Counted from the first letter of the stretch, positions 18,128 to 28,388 are shown. The stretch is DNA of 64,000 nucleotides from Pseudomonadota bacterium (GCA_019351895.1 JABBOH010000001.1:185757-249756), one strand, 5' to 3'. A program made the numbers and translations. The notes: generated by a model from the letters alone, not told the origin.

Positions 18128-20755
18128 CTACCGGACACGTTCCTCGGTTTCGGTCGTATCGGCGGGCGCGATGTTGCGCGGCGGCGGCACTGCATAGAGC
18201 AGGGCCGGCTCGAAGATGAAGGTCGCGATCAGCGTGCAGGCGAGGCTGAGCAGCAGCAGCAGTCCCATGCTTGCCGTCCCGGGATGATGCGAGAAGGCGA
18301 GGGAGCCGAACGCCGTGCCGGTCGTCAACGCCGAGAACAGGATCGCGCGGGCCGTCGGAGAGGCGAGGAAGCGGCGCTCACCCGCCCGCCAGTTCATGAC
18401 GAAATAGAGGTTGAAGGAGACGCCGACGCCCTGAAGCAGGGGCAGGGCGATGATGTTGGCGAAGTTCAGCGGCAGCGGCAGCAGCACGATCACCAGCACC
18501 GTCATCAGCGAGGATAGAACGAGCGGCGCCATCACCAGCAGAACGTCCCGCGGCCGGCGGAGAAACAGCAGGAGCATCGCGGCGATGGCGACCAGAGCGA
18601 GCACCGCCGCCTCCCGGAAGGCGCCGATGATCGTCTGGGCGCTGGCGATGACGGTCACCGCCGATCCTCCGGCATCGGGCGCTATCCGTGTGACCTGTTG
18701 CACGAAATGTCGCAGGCCCGTGCTGTTCATGGCCTCCGGCTTGGGCAGAACCTGCACCCGCGCCCGCCCATCGGGCGTGATCCAATCGACCGTCAGGTCG
18801 TGCGGCAGGCTTGCGAGCGTGACGGGCTGCGCGGCCAGCGACAGGCGGAGGTTCTGCAGTTCGACGGGCAGAAACCCGGTCAGCGCCAGATTGGCCGCCA
18901 TCAACTGGCTGTCGCCTTCGGTGACCAGCTTCTTGAGCGCCTGCCCGATCGCGAGCAGCGGGCTGCCGGGCGGGAGTTTCGGCCGTGCGCTCTCGATGGC
19001 CTTGTCGGCGGTCGCTGCGGCCATCCGGATGTCGCCGGGCGTGACCGGCGCCGACGGTCCCGGGTTCAGCGTCGGCGCCAGAAGCTCGGAGGTGTCGGCG
19101 ATGGCATTGAGCTTCGCCGTCTGGTCGGCCGGCACGAACGAGGAAAGCGAAAGCGCCTGATCGACCAGCGGCAAGCGGCCCAGCCGGTTTGCCTTGGCGG
19201 CCGCGGCGGCGACCGACGGGGTAAGCACGTCGATGCTGTAGGGGTTCGTGACCGGGTTGCTGGCCAGCGCCCGCAGCGTCTCCACGGCTTGGGTATGCTG
19301 ATCCTGCGTATCCAGCGGATCGCTGTCGAAGGTGATGTGGGGCAGCAGGATGATCCCGGCGAGGGCGATCACGGCGAAGACGCCAAGCACCGGGCGGCGG
19401 TGGCGCAGCAACAGGGTGTCGGCCGCCGCCATCCCGACGATGCCGATTTCGCCCCCCTCGGCGGGCGGATGCAGCAGGGTGATCAGCGCGGGGAGGAAGG
19501 TGATTGTGCAGGCGAAGGCAATCAGCATGCCGACGCCCGCGATCAGCCCGAGTTCGGCGACGCCGACGAAGCTCGTCGGCACGAAGGCGAAGAACCCGGC
19601 GGCGATGGAGACGGCTGCGAGCAGCACCGAGTTGCCCGTCTTGCGGAGGGTCTGCACCAGCGCGGTTTCCGCGTCCGTCGTGAGGCGCCGCTCGTCCCGG
19701 TAGCGCACGCAGATCTGGATCGCGAAGTCGATGGCAAGACCCACGAACAGAACGGCGAAGGCGACCGAGATCAGGTTCAGCGTGCCAATGGCGACGGCCG
19801 CGAAGAAGGTCGTCAGCAGCAGCCCGAGGATGAGCGTGAGGACGATGGCAAGGATATAGCGCAGCCGGCGAACCGCGAGCACGAGCCAAACCAGGATGAG
19901 GACGACGGAGATTACTGTATCGGCGAAGATCCCCTGGGTTAGCGAAGCGAATTGCTGGTCCGCGAGCGCGATTTGCCCGGTGATCCGAAACGTCGCGCGT
20001 CCGCTCTCGATGGTGGGCACATGCGCGGCGATCTGGCGTAAGGCAGCGGTTGCTTCCGCGCCGGGCTCGATCGAACCGAAGTTCTGCACGGGCTGGGCCA
20101 GCACGAAGCGCGCCGGTCCCGCCCGGTCCGTGAGCGAGCCGCCCAGTAGCCTTTGCCAGGATAGCGGCACCGGGTGTCCGTCGGCGGCGGCCTGCAGCCC
20201 GTGCGCGAAGCCGTTCAGGGCGGTGCTGTAGCCCGAGAGGTCGACCTGACCCTGCGCCGCGCCTTGACCAAGCAGGCCGATGGCCCCGAGCAAGCCTCGC
20301 AGGGATGGATCCGCCGCCAGCTGGCCGATGAAGGGCTGCGCCACCACGAGGTTGTTGAGCAGCGTCTCGAGGCTCTTCTGGTCGAGGAAAAGCAGTCCCT
20401 CCTGCTTGAAGAAGGCGAGATCGTCCGGCCGGCGGACGGTTCGGAAATGGGCATGGTCGGCGGCGGCGGCCTTGGCGATCGCGGCGGCGGTGGCGTCCGC
20501 TTCCTCGGGCGTCTTGGCTTCGATGACGCCGACAAGCAGGTCCTGATACTGTGGGAAATCCTTGCCCATCGCGACCTGGGCCTTTCGCCAGGGCAGATTG
20601 GCGGAGAACAGGTCATCGGTGTTCGTGTTGATGCCGATATGGTGCGCCGTATAGAAGGCGCTGCCGATGGCAAGGAGCACGCCCGCCAACACCAGCCAGA
20701 CGGCATGCCGGCTACTGATGCGTGCGATGGCCGCCAGTTTCGTCTGAACCCACAT
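18128..20755 (-). CDS. hpnN: MMPL/RND hopanoid transporter HpnN-like
   Basis: Two periplasmic loops each followed by TM bundles; LNLISVAFAVLFVGLAIDFAIQ, FANIIALPLLQGVGVSFNLY, GTAFGSL..SHHPGTASMG. Start placed at MWVQTKL. Confidence 0.82.
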   Translation of the reverse strand: MWVQTKLAAIARISSRHAVWLVLAGVLLAIGSAFYTAHHIGINTNTDDLFSANLPWRKAQVAMGKDFPQYQDLLVGVIEAKTPEEADATAAAIAKAAAADHAHFRTVRRPDDLAFFKQEGLLFLDQKSLETLLNNLVVAQPFIGQLAADPSLRGLLGAIGLLGQGAAQGQVDLSGYSTALNGFAHGLQAAADGHPVPLSWQRLLGGSLTDRAGPARFVLAQPVQNFGSIEPGAEATAALRQIAAHVPTIESGRATFRITGQIALADQQFASLTQGIFADTVISVVLILVWLVLAVRRLRYILAIVLTLILGLLLTTFFAAVAIGTLNLISVAFAVLFVGLAIDFAIQICVRYRDERRLTTDAETALVQTLRKTGNSVLLAAVSIAAGFFAFVPTSFVGVAELGLIAGVGMLIAFACTITFLPALITLLHPPAEGGEIGIVGMAAADTLLLRHRRPVLGVFAVIALAGIILLPHITFDSDPLDTQDQHTQAVETLRALASNPVTNPYSIDVLTPSVAAAAAKANRLGRLPLVDQALSLSSFVPADQTAKLNAIADTSELLAPTLNPGPSAPVTPGDIRMAAATADKAIESARPKLPPGSPLLAIGQALKKLVTEGDSQLMAANLALTGFLPVELQNLRLSLAAQPVTLASLPHDLTVDWITPDGRARVQVLPKPEAMNSTGLRHFVQQVTRIAPDAGGSAVTVIASAQTIIGAFREAAVLALVAIAAMLLLFLRRPRDVLLVMAPLVLSSLMTVLVIVLLPLPLNFANIIALPLLQGVGVSFNLYFVMNWRAGERRFLASPTARAILFSALTTGTAFGSLAFSHHPGTASMGLLLLLSLACTLIATFIFEPALLYAVPPPRNIAPADTTETEERVR

Positions 20756-21229
20756 CGGCGCTTTTTCGTCCCTGTCGCAACCGCTAATCGTCCCGGACGG
20801 TGGAACCACGGCGCGGTTCCATGGTCCCGTCGATCGGGTCTCAATTCCAGCCCAACCGGCGCGCAGCACGCAAAGCAACCGGAACCGGTCGCAGCCCCGG
20901 AGGGCCGCGCCGTCCACGTTGCTCGCCGAGGATTGGCTGGTGCCGAGCGCCCGAGGCTCGCTGCGCATACCGGATAGGGCGGCGGGGGTGAAGATCATCT
21001 CTGCACGAGCGCCCGTGCGAGGCCCGCGTCAGGCGATACGGCGCGCGGCTTGGGAGCCTTGCGCGCCGGACCTTTCCGCGGTCGAGCCTCCCATCACGAT
21101 GCTGGGAGACGCGCCTATGGATGGGCGTGCGCCCGGCGGCGTCGCGATCCGCGTGCCGATGCGCTAGACGGTCACGGGTCGAGATGAAGCCGGTTTGGCT
21201 TCAGGACAGCATGGAGCGGGGCCCCGTCG

Positions 21230-22120
21230 ATGAGTGCAGAAAGCCACGAGATCGCATCCCTCGGCGTCATCGGCGCGGGGCAGATGGGCAACGGCATCGC
21301 CCATGTGGCCGCGCTCGCTGGGCTGCCCGTCGTGCTGATCGACGTGCGGGCGGAAGCGCTGACCCAGGCTCTCGCGACGATCGGCCGCAACCTGGAGCGG
21401 CAGGTGCAGAAGGCCGCCCTCACGTCTGAGGACCGGGATGCCGCGCTCGCCCACATAACGACGGCGGGCGACAACACGGCCTTGTCCGGCTGCGATATCG
21501 TGATCGAGGCCGCGACCGAGCGCGAGGAGACGAAGCTCGCGATCCTCGCCGGGCTGGTGCCGCACCTCAAGCCGAACGCGATCATCGCCTCGAACACCTC
21601 ATCGATCCCGATCACCCGGCTGGCCGCCGTGACCGATCGGCCGCACAAGGTCATCGGCATGCACTTCATGAACCCTGTGCCGGTCATGAAGCTCGTCGAG
21701 GTGATCCGCGGCATCGCGACCGATGAGCCGACCTTCGCCGCGGTCGAGGCGCTGGCGCGCAGGATGGGGAAGACCGTCGCCGTTGCGGAAGACTATCCGG
21801 CCTTCATCGTCAATCGCGTGCTGATCCCGATGATCAACGAGGCGGTCTTTGCGCTGATGGAGGGCGTGGGCTCCGTGATCGCCATCGACACGGCGATGAA
21901 GCTCGGCACCAATCAGCCGATGGGGCCGCTGGAACTCGCGGACTTCATCGGCCTCGATACCTGCCTCGCGATCATGCGTGTGCTGCATGAGGGCATGGGC
22001 GACAGCAAGTACCGGCCTTGCCCGCTTCTGGTGAAATACGTCGAGGCAGGCTGGCTGGGCCGGAAGAGCCGGCGCGGCTTCTACGACTACACGCAGCAGC
22101 CACCCTGTCCCACCCGCTGA
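21230..22120 (+). CDS. hbd: 3-hydroxybutyryl-CoA dehydrogenase
   Basis: GVIGAGQMGNGIA, IEAATE, ASNTSSIPIT, GMHFMNPVP, FIVNRVL, PMGPLELADFIGLD. Confidence 0.92.
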   Translation: MSAESHEIASLGVIGAGQMGNGIAHVAALAGLPVVLIDVRAEALTQALATIGRNLERQVQKAALTSEDRDAALAHITTAGDNTALSGCDIVIEAATEREETKLAILAGLVPHLKPNAIIASNTSSIPITRLAAVTDRPHKVIGMHFMNPVPVMKLVEVIRGIATDEPTFAAVEALARRMGKTVAVAEDYPAFIVNRVLIPMINEAVFALMEGVGSVIAIDTAMKLGTNQPMGPLELADFIGLDTCLAIMRVLHEGMGDSKYRPCPLLVKYVEAGWLGRKSRRGFYDYTQQPPCPTR

Positions 22121-22143
22121 CCCGCCGGGCCTGCCGCGCGGGG

Positions 22144-23112
22144 CTAGAGTCCGATGCTGCTATACGCGCCGGATAGCGCCGGGAAGGCCGCGACGAGCTC
22201 GACCTTGAGGATGATCGCCGCGAAGGCCGCGAGGATGGCGATCAGCAGGATGATGAGAACGAGCCGCCCCGACCGGCCTCCCTGGTTCTGCATCATCGCG
22301 TAGTGCTCGGAAAGGCTCGGATCGAGTTCGTGAGAGAGCCTCCGCTCCTCCGGGTCGGGGAGCACCTCCGCCGGTGCCGCGCCGGGCGTGCCCGTGAACA
22401 GCGCGCTGACCGACGGCGACGTTGGCTCGGCGAAAGACGCGGGACGCGGGCCCTCGCTCGCGACGAGCCTGTCCTCGGGATTCGGGCGGAGCGCGATCTT
22501 GTCGTCACGCCGCGCCGGGGCGCGGAGGGCCGTGGTGGGGGAAGGCGTGGCTGACGATGACGCGGTCGGCGCCGACGCGGTCAGGGGCGGTGCGCCTGGC
22601 GGAGGCGCAGCGTCTCGCCCAGCGAGCCCAGTCGGCCGTGGCGTCGCTTTCAGTGACGCCGCGGCGGGCGAGGACCGGCGCGGAGCGGTCGCAACCGGAG
22701 CCGTCGCCGCCTGAGCTGGGGACGTTGGCGTCGATGGGGCGGATCTGACAGGCCCCAAGGCGGGGGCAGGCGCGGAAGAGGGGCTCGTCAAGGGCGAAGG
22801 AGAGGTCGGCATCCGGAGCGTCGGCGTGAGCTTCCGGGGCCGCAAACCTGCGCCAGCCGCGTCTCCGGCCGTATCTCCAGGCGTCTCCCTGGCTGTCTCT
22901 CGGGGTGCGGGCGCGGGCGCAGTGGCCGGCGCCGGGAGATCGACCGGCGACTCTCGCTGCTCCGTGACCGGGACAGAGCCATCCTCAGTCGGCGCGCCGA
23001 TGACCGTCCACTGATATCCGCAGCGATTGCAACGAACTTCTCGTGGCTGTGGCCCGAATAAGCTGTCCGGCGCCTCATAGACGGCGGAGCATTCACGACA
23101 TACCAGTCGCAT
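22144..23112 (-). CDS. MJ0042-type zinc-ribbon membrane protein (ZitP-like) with Pro/Ala/Thr-rich linker
   Basis: MRLVCRECSAVY..VRCNRCGYQW zinc finger, long low-complexity linker, one C-terminal TM helix; divergent from ftsE as for Caulobacter zitP. Confidence 0.8.
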   Translation of the reverse strand: MRLVCRECSAVYEAPDSLFGPQPREVRCNRCGYQWTVIGAPTEDGSVPVTEQRESPVDLPAPATAPAPAPRETARETPGDTAGDAAGAGLRPRKLTPTLRMPTSPSPLTSPSSAPAPALGPVRSAPSTPTSPAQAATAPVATAPRRSSPAAASLKATPRPTGLAGRDAAPPPGAPPLTASAPTASSSATPSPTTALRAPARRDDKIALRPNPEDRLVASEGPRPASFAEPTSPSVSALFTGTPGAAPAEVLPDPEERRLSHELDPSLSEHYAMMQNQGGRSGRLVLIILLIAILAAFAAIILKVELVAAFPALSGAYSSIGL

Positions 23113-23130
23113 CAGTGGTTATACCTCTGC

Positions 23131-23246
23131 ATGGGGACGCAGCGGCGGCCCCATCCTTCCAACTGGGGATTGTGGCCAAGACGGTCGTCCCGTGCAATCC
23201 TCCGGCACTCCCCACGCCGGGTGTGGACACGCCCAGGTTTTTTATT
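23131..23246 (+). ncRNA. Candidate structured RNA (sRNA or attenuator) ending in an intrinsic terminator
   Basis: Successive stems at 23131-23154, 23165-23202 and 23202-23220, then terminator GGGTGT-GGAC-ACGCCC-AGG-TTTTTT. No known family recognised. Confidence 0.4.
23217..23246 (+). terminator. Rho-independent terminator about 90 nt upstream of ftsE
   Basis: CCGGGTGT-GGAC-ACGCCCAGG stem followed by TTTTTTATT. Confidence 0.7.
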
Positions 23247-23334
23247 GGAGGGCGCGATGGCTTTTGAGGTTGAATCCAGCCCTCCCCGATGAATCGAGGC
23301 GCGAGTCGCCTCCCATAGCTTTGCCCGGAGAACG

Positions 23335-23998
<664 letters not shown>

Positions 23999-24006
<8 letters not shown>

Positions 24007-24994
24007 GCTTGGACGGGAGCGGCTTGCCCGTGGCCCGGGACGGGCCGTCGGCGGCAGGGCTCCGCGCAAAGCCGCCGCGGCGGGTCGGCTGCGGCCGGCC
24101 GGGTTCGACGATCTCGGCCTGCGGCGGGCGCTTTCCGATCGCCTGCTGCCGCTGCTCGTCGCGGCGATGGCTTTCCTGGCGGCGCTCGCCTTCGCCGGCG
24201 CGATCGCGACCGCCACGCTGGCCGAGCACTGGCAGCAGGGTGCCGCCGCGGAGCTTACGATCCAGGTGCCGACGCCGTCGGACCCCGCCGCCTCCGGCAG
24301 CGGCACCCGCCTGCAGGCGGTCCTTGGCGTTTTGCGCGCGGAGCCCGGCGTTCTGCATGCGAGCCCGATGAGCGCCGACGACCTGAGCGCATTGCTCAAG
24401 CCGTGGCTCGGCCCCGCCGGTAGCACGCTCGCCCTGCCGCTGCCCGCTGTCATCTCCGTCCAACTTGCCGCTGGCGGCGTTGTGCCGGCCGATCTGCAGT
24501 CGAGGCTCGCGGCCGTCGCGCCGGATACCGACATGGAGAGTGCCGATGTCTGGGCGGCGCGCCTGTCGGCCCTGGCCCGCAGCCTGCAGGCTTGTGCGGC
24601 GGTCGCTCTGCTTCTCGTGGTGGCGGTGGCGGTGGCGGTGGTGGCCGTCGCGACCCGGGCCGGGCTTTCGGCGCGGCGCGAGGCGATCGAGATCGTCCAT
24701 GGCCTGGGCGCGACCGACGCGTACATTTCGGGCCGTTTCGCCCGCCGCGCCATGCGGCTCGCCGCCGCGGGCGGCGCCGGCGGGGCGATCGCCGCGCTTC
24801 CCGTGCTGCTGTGGCTCGCGTACCTCGCCGCCCCGTTTACCCAGAGCGCCGGGTCGTCCGGTGAGCCGCCGCCTCTCGTGGCACTCCCCCTGGCGCTCTG
24901 GCTCGCGCTGCCGGCACTGCCGCTTTCGACCGCGGCCATCGGCTACATGACGGCGAAGGGCACGGTTCGCGCCTGGCTTCGACGCCTGCCGTGA
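23999..24994 (+). CDS. ftsX: Cell division permease FtsX
   Basis: TM1, periplasmic domain (LPAVISV), REAIEIVHGLGATDAYI, further TMs; overlaps ftsE. Confidence 0.87.
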
Positions 24995-25683
24995 CCACGC
25001 CTCGCGGCACGAAGTCCGCCCGTCGTCCGGTGTCCCGGCGTGCCGCAAGCCGTCGCTCTTCAGTGGGGGCTTCCGCGAGACGGCCGCGCCTGCTGCGCCG
25101 GGTGCTGGGCTTTGTGTTCCTCCTTGCCCTGATCGCGTGGTGCGGCGGCTTTCTCTGGTTCCTGCTCAACACCTATTCGCCGTCGGTTCCGCCGCCCCAC
25201 GCGGACGGCATCGTCGTCCTCACCGGGGGCGAGGATCGTCTCGCGACCGCCTTCGAGATGCTGGATGAGGGGCGCGCCGACCAGTTGCTGATCTCGGGGG
25301 TGCCGGCTGCCGTTACGCTCCGCGATGTCGAGCGTTCGGCGCATCTTTCCCGGCCGCCCGTCGACAGCCACGTGACGCTCGGACACCGCGCGCAGACGAC
25401 GCTTGGAAACGCCGACGAGACCGCAGGCTGGGTCGCGGCGCACCATATCCATTCGCTGATCGTGGTGACGGCGGGCTACCACATGCCTCGTGCGCTGCTG
25501 GAGCTGTCCCGCGCCATGCCCGAGGTCGAGCTCTTTCCCATGCGCGTGCAGCCCGCCGCCATTTACGATGGCTCACGCCCGCATGTATGGCGGCTCCTGC
25601 TGGCGGAATACACCAAGTGGCTGCTGGCGGAGGCGCGGTTCGCCCGCATCGCGAGGCTGCTGCAGGGGGCGCACCAGGGATGA
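24991..25683 (+). CDS. YdcF/ElyC-like (DUF218) membrane protein
   Basis: DGIVVLTGG, LLISGV, TLGNADET, IVVTAGYHMPRA, EYTK. Confidence 0.85.
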   Translation: MTTPRGTKSARRPVSRRAASRRSSVGASARRPRLLRRVLGFVFLLALIAWCGGFLWFLLNTYSPSVPPPHADGIVVLTGGEDRLATAFEMLDEGRADQLLISGVPAAVTLRDVERSAHLSRPPVDSHVTLGHRAQTTLGNADETAGWVAAHHIHSLIVVTAGYHMPRALLELSRAMPEVELFPMRVQPAAIYDGSRPHVWRLLLAEYTKWLLAEARFARIARLLQGAHQG

Positions 25684-26462
25684 AACGACTGAGCATCTAC
25701 GGTGCCTCCCTCCTGTTCAACATCGTTTTTTATGTCGTGACGGCGGGATACAGCATCCTCGGCTACATCAACTTGCGGATCGGACGACCGGACCGCCTGA
25801 TCCCTGTCGGCCGCTCATGGGCGCGGTTCGTCATCCACGCGCTCCGCATCATTTGCGGCATTCGTGTCCGCGTGAGCGGGCTCGAGCATGTGCCGGCGAG
25901 CGGAGCGGCGCTCATCGCCTCGGTGCATCAGTCCGCTTTCGACACCGCTGTCTGGATGCTGCTCCCGCGGCCCGCCTACGTCTTGAAGCGCGAGTTGGTG
26001 AAGGTGCCGTTCTTCGGCGCCTGCATGCGTCCGGGCGGCATGATCGTCGTCGACCGGCAGGCCGGGGCCAGGGCGATCCGCGACCTCATGCGCGACGGGC
26101 GGGAGGCGCGGGCCGATGGCCGGCAGGTGGTGATCTTTCCGCAGGGCACGCGAGCAAGACCGGGCGAGCCCCATGTCATCCAGCCGGGTGTGGCAGCACT
26201 CGCTGCCGCCATGGCCGTGCCCGTCATTCCTGTCGCGACGAATTCCGGCGAGCACTGGGGGCGCAACTCGTTCCTCAAGCATCCAGGCGTGATCCGGATC
26301 GCGATCGGCGCGCCGCTGGCCGCGGACCTGCCCCGGGCGCACCTCGTGGAAGCCCTCGAAGCCGCGTGGCGGACGCTTGAGGACAAGTTGGCGCGGCCTG
26401 TGGATAATCCTGTGGGCGATGTCGTCGCGGCCTTCGCCTCACGCGCTAAGGAATCTGCTTAA
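25680..26462 (+). CDS. plsC: 1-acyl-sn-glycerol-3-phosphate acyltransferase
   Basis: HQSAFD (HX4D), KRELVKVPFFG, IFPQGTR, VPVIPVATNSG. Confidence 0.88.
   Translation: MKRLSIYGASLLFNIVFYVVTAGYSILGYINLRIGRPDRLIPVGRSWARFVIHALRIICGIRVRVSGLEHVPASGAALIASVHQSAFDTAVWMLLPRPAYVLKRELVKVPFFGACMRPGGMIVVDRQAGARAIRDLMRDGREARADGRQVVIFPQGTRARPGEPHVIQPGVAALAAAMAVPVIPVATNSGEHWGRNSFLKHPGVIRIAIGAPLAADLPRAHLVEALEAAWRTLEDKLARPVDNPVGDVVAAFASRAKESA
26399..26407 (-). promoter_or_regulatory. Perfect DnaA box (TTATCCACA on minus strand)
   Basis: The plus strand reads TGTGGATAA, in the plsC 3' end; it is the only perfect box I noticed in the window. Confidence 0.6.
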
Positions 26463-26613
26463 CTCAAGTCGAGGCAAGGACTTTTTCTATCCCCGCACTG
26501 CCTGGCGCTACGGTGCGCGGGCTTGGGGATGAGCGGTCGGTCTGCGGCTCGCGAGGGTGTTCGCCGCGATTTGCCGCTTTCCTCCTCCACGGTCCTGCCA
26601 CATTCTGCTAACG

Positions 26614-27039
26614 ATGCTGATGCATGCGAGTTGTGCCGCCCGGGATGGCTTGGGGGTTCTGCTGACCGGTGCGCCCGGCTCGGGGAAGTCCGACCTCCTC
26701 TTGCGGCTGCTTGACCGGGGTTTCTCCCTGGTCGCGGATGATCAGGTGGAGATTGGCAAGGATGGCATGGTCCGCCCGCCGCGCGCTCTCGAAGGCTTGC
26801 TGGAAGTGCGAGGGCTGGGGCTGATGCGTCTGCCCTTCACGCGGGAGGCGCGTCCGGTCCTGGTCGCGGAAATCGCGCCCGTGTCCGCACCCCGGCTGCC
26901 GGCCCGCCGCACGTCCTCCCTGCTCGGCCTGCCGGAGATCGCCGTTGATCCACGCCCTGCCTCGGCGGCGCAGCTGCTAGCGCTGGCCTTCGATCTTGCC
27001 ACGGGACGCGCCACGCAACTGAGCGGCGCCTTCACGTGA
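26614..27039 (+). CDS. hprK: HPr kinase/phosphorylase, short alphaproteobacterial form
   Basis: MHASC, Walker [25 protein letters not shown]. Confidence 0.88.
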   Translation: MLMHASCAARDGLGVLLTGAPGSGKSDLLLRLLDRGFSLVADDQVEIGKDGMVRPPRALEGLLEVRGLGLMRLPFTREARPVLVAEIAPVSAPRLPARRTSSLLGLPEIAVDPRPASAAQLLALAFDLATGRATQLSGAFT

Positions 27040-27935
27040 TGTCCGGCGTTCCGCCGCGACGGATCGTGCTCGTGACCGGTCTCTCAGGTGCCGGGAAGTC
27101 CTCGATCCTGCACACGCTCGAGGATCTGGGCTACGAGACGGTCGACAATCCGCCCTTTTCCCTGCTCGACGAGTTGCTTTGCCGAACGGACCGGCCCTTG
27201 GCCGTCGGGATCGATGCGCGCACGCGGGGCTTTGCCGCGGTCGCGGTGCTGGAGGCGATCGACCGCTTCAAGCGCGAGACGGGCATCGCGGCTGAGCTTG
27301 TGTTCGCGACCGCGGACGATGCAGTGCTGCTCCGCCGCTATACCGAGACGCGACGGCGCCACCCGCTGGCGCCGCAGGGGCAGGTGCGGGACGGGATCGC
27401 CGCCGAACGCGCGCTGACCGACGAACTCCGCGTTGCGGCCGATCTCATCCTAGACACTTCGGCGATCTCCCTCCCCGTTTTGCGACAGGCCATCGGCCAG
27501 CGCTTCGGCCTTTCGGCTGATGAGGGTTTGTCACTGACGCTCATCTCTTTTGCTTATCGGGGAGGCCTGCCGCCGGAGGCGGATCTTGTTTTCGACGCCC
27601 GCTTCCTGCGCAATCCACACTATGACCAGACGCTGAGGCCGCGCACTGGTCTGGACCCCGAGGTCTGCGCATATGTCAGCAACGATCCGGACTGCGCGGC
27701 GTTCCAAGACGCCATCCGATCGATGGTCTTGCTTTTGCTCCCGCGATTCGTGCAGGAAGGCAAGAAATATGTAACTGTCGCGATCGGATGCTCAGGTGGC
27801 CGCCATCGCTCTGTCTTCTTGATCGAGGATTTGGCTGAGACGTTACGGGAATCAGGCTGGCAGCCGATGGTTCTCCATCGCGAGCTCGATCGCTCCGAGC
27901 GTGAAAAAGAGGCTAAGGGTTCGGCAGCCGCCTGA
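27036..27935 (+). CDS. rapZ: RNase adapter / P-loop NTPase RapZ (YvcJ)
   Basis: [44 protein letters not shown]. Confidence 0.92.
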   Translation: MMSGVPPRRIVLVTGLSGAGKSSILHTLEDLGYETVDNPPFSLLDELLCRTDRPLAVGIDARTRGFAAVAVLEAIDRFKRETGIAAELVFATADDAVLLRRYTETRRRHPLAPQGQVRDGIAAERALTDELRVAADLILDTSAISLPVLRQAIGQRFGLSADEGLSLTLISFAYRGGLPPEADLVFDARFLRNPHYDQTLRPRTGLDPEVCAYVSNDPDCAAFQDAIRSMVLLLLPRFVQEGKKYVTVAIGCSGGRHRSVFLIEDLAETLRESGWQPMVLHRELDRSEREKEAKGSAAA

Positions 27936-27971
27936 ACCCAGGTTTGGCCATGGGAGGCCACTGAACTTATT

Positions 27972-28388
27972 ATGATCGGTCTTGTACTCGTCACTCACGG
28001 CCATCTCGCCGAAGAGTTGCGATTGGCAATGGAGCACGTCGTCGGACCCCAGCGCGGGGTGGAGACGGTCTGCATCGGTCCCGAGGACAACATGGACGAT
28101 CGGCGGCGCGACATTCAGCGCTCGATCGACCGTGTGGACACCGGGGACGGCGTGGTGCTCCTCACCGACATGTTCGGCGGCACGCCAAGCAACCTCGCCA
28201 TATCCGTCATGGATCCGAAATCGATCGAGGTCATCGCGGGCGTGAACCTGCCGATGCTCGTGAAGCTCGCCAAGGTGCGCGGCCAGCAGAACCTCGCGAG
28301 CGCCGTGTCCTGCGCGCAGGAAGCGGGACGGAAATACATCGGCTGCGCATCCCAGATCCTTCAGGGCGCGCGCGGTCCCTGCGGGTGA
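27972..28388 (+). CDS. PTS EIIA component, mannose/fructose type (ManX-like)
   Basis: MIGLVLVTHG, LTDMFGGTPSN, GVNLPML. Confidence 0.9.
   Translation: MIGLVLVTHGHLAEELRLAMEHVVGPQRGVETVCIGPEDNMDDRRRDIQRSIDRVDTGDGVVLLTDMFGGTPSNLAISVMDPKSIEVIAGVNLPMLVKLAKVRGQQNLASAVSCAQEAGRKYIGCASQILQGARGPCG

Noticed and set aside
27028-27043. TTCACGTGA core at the hprK/rapZ junction
   Set aside because: It matches the parS consensus at only 9/16 positions and the outer arms are absent.
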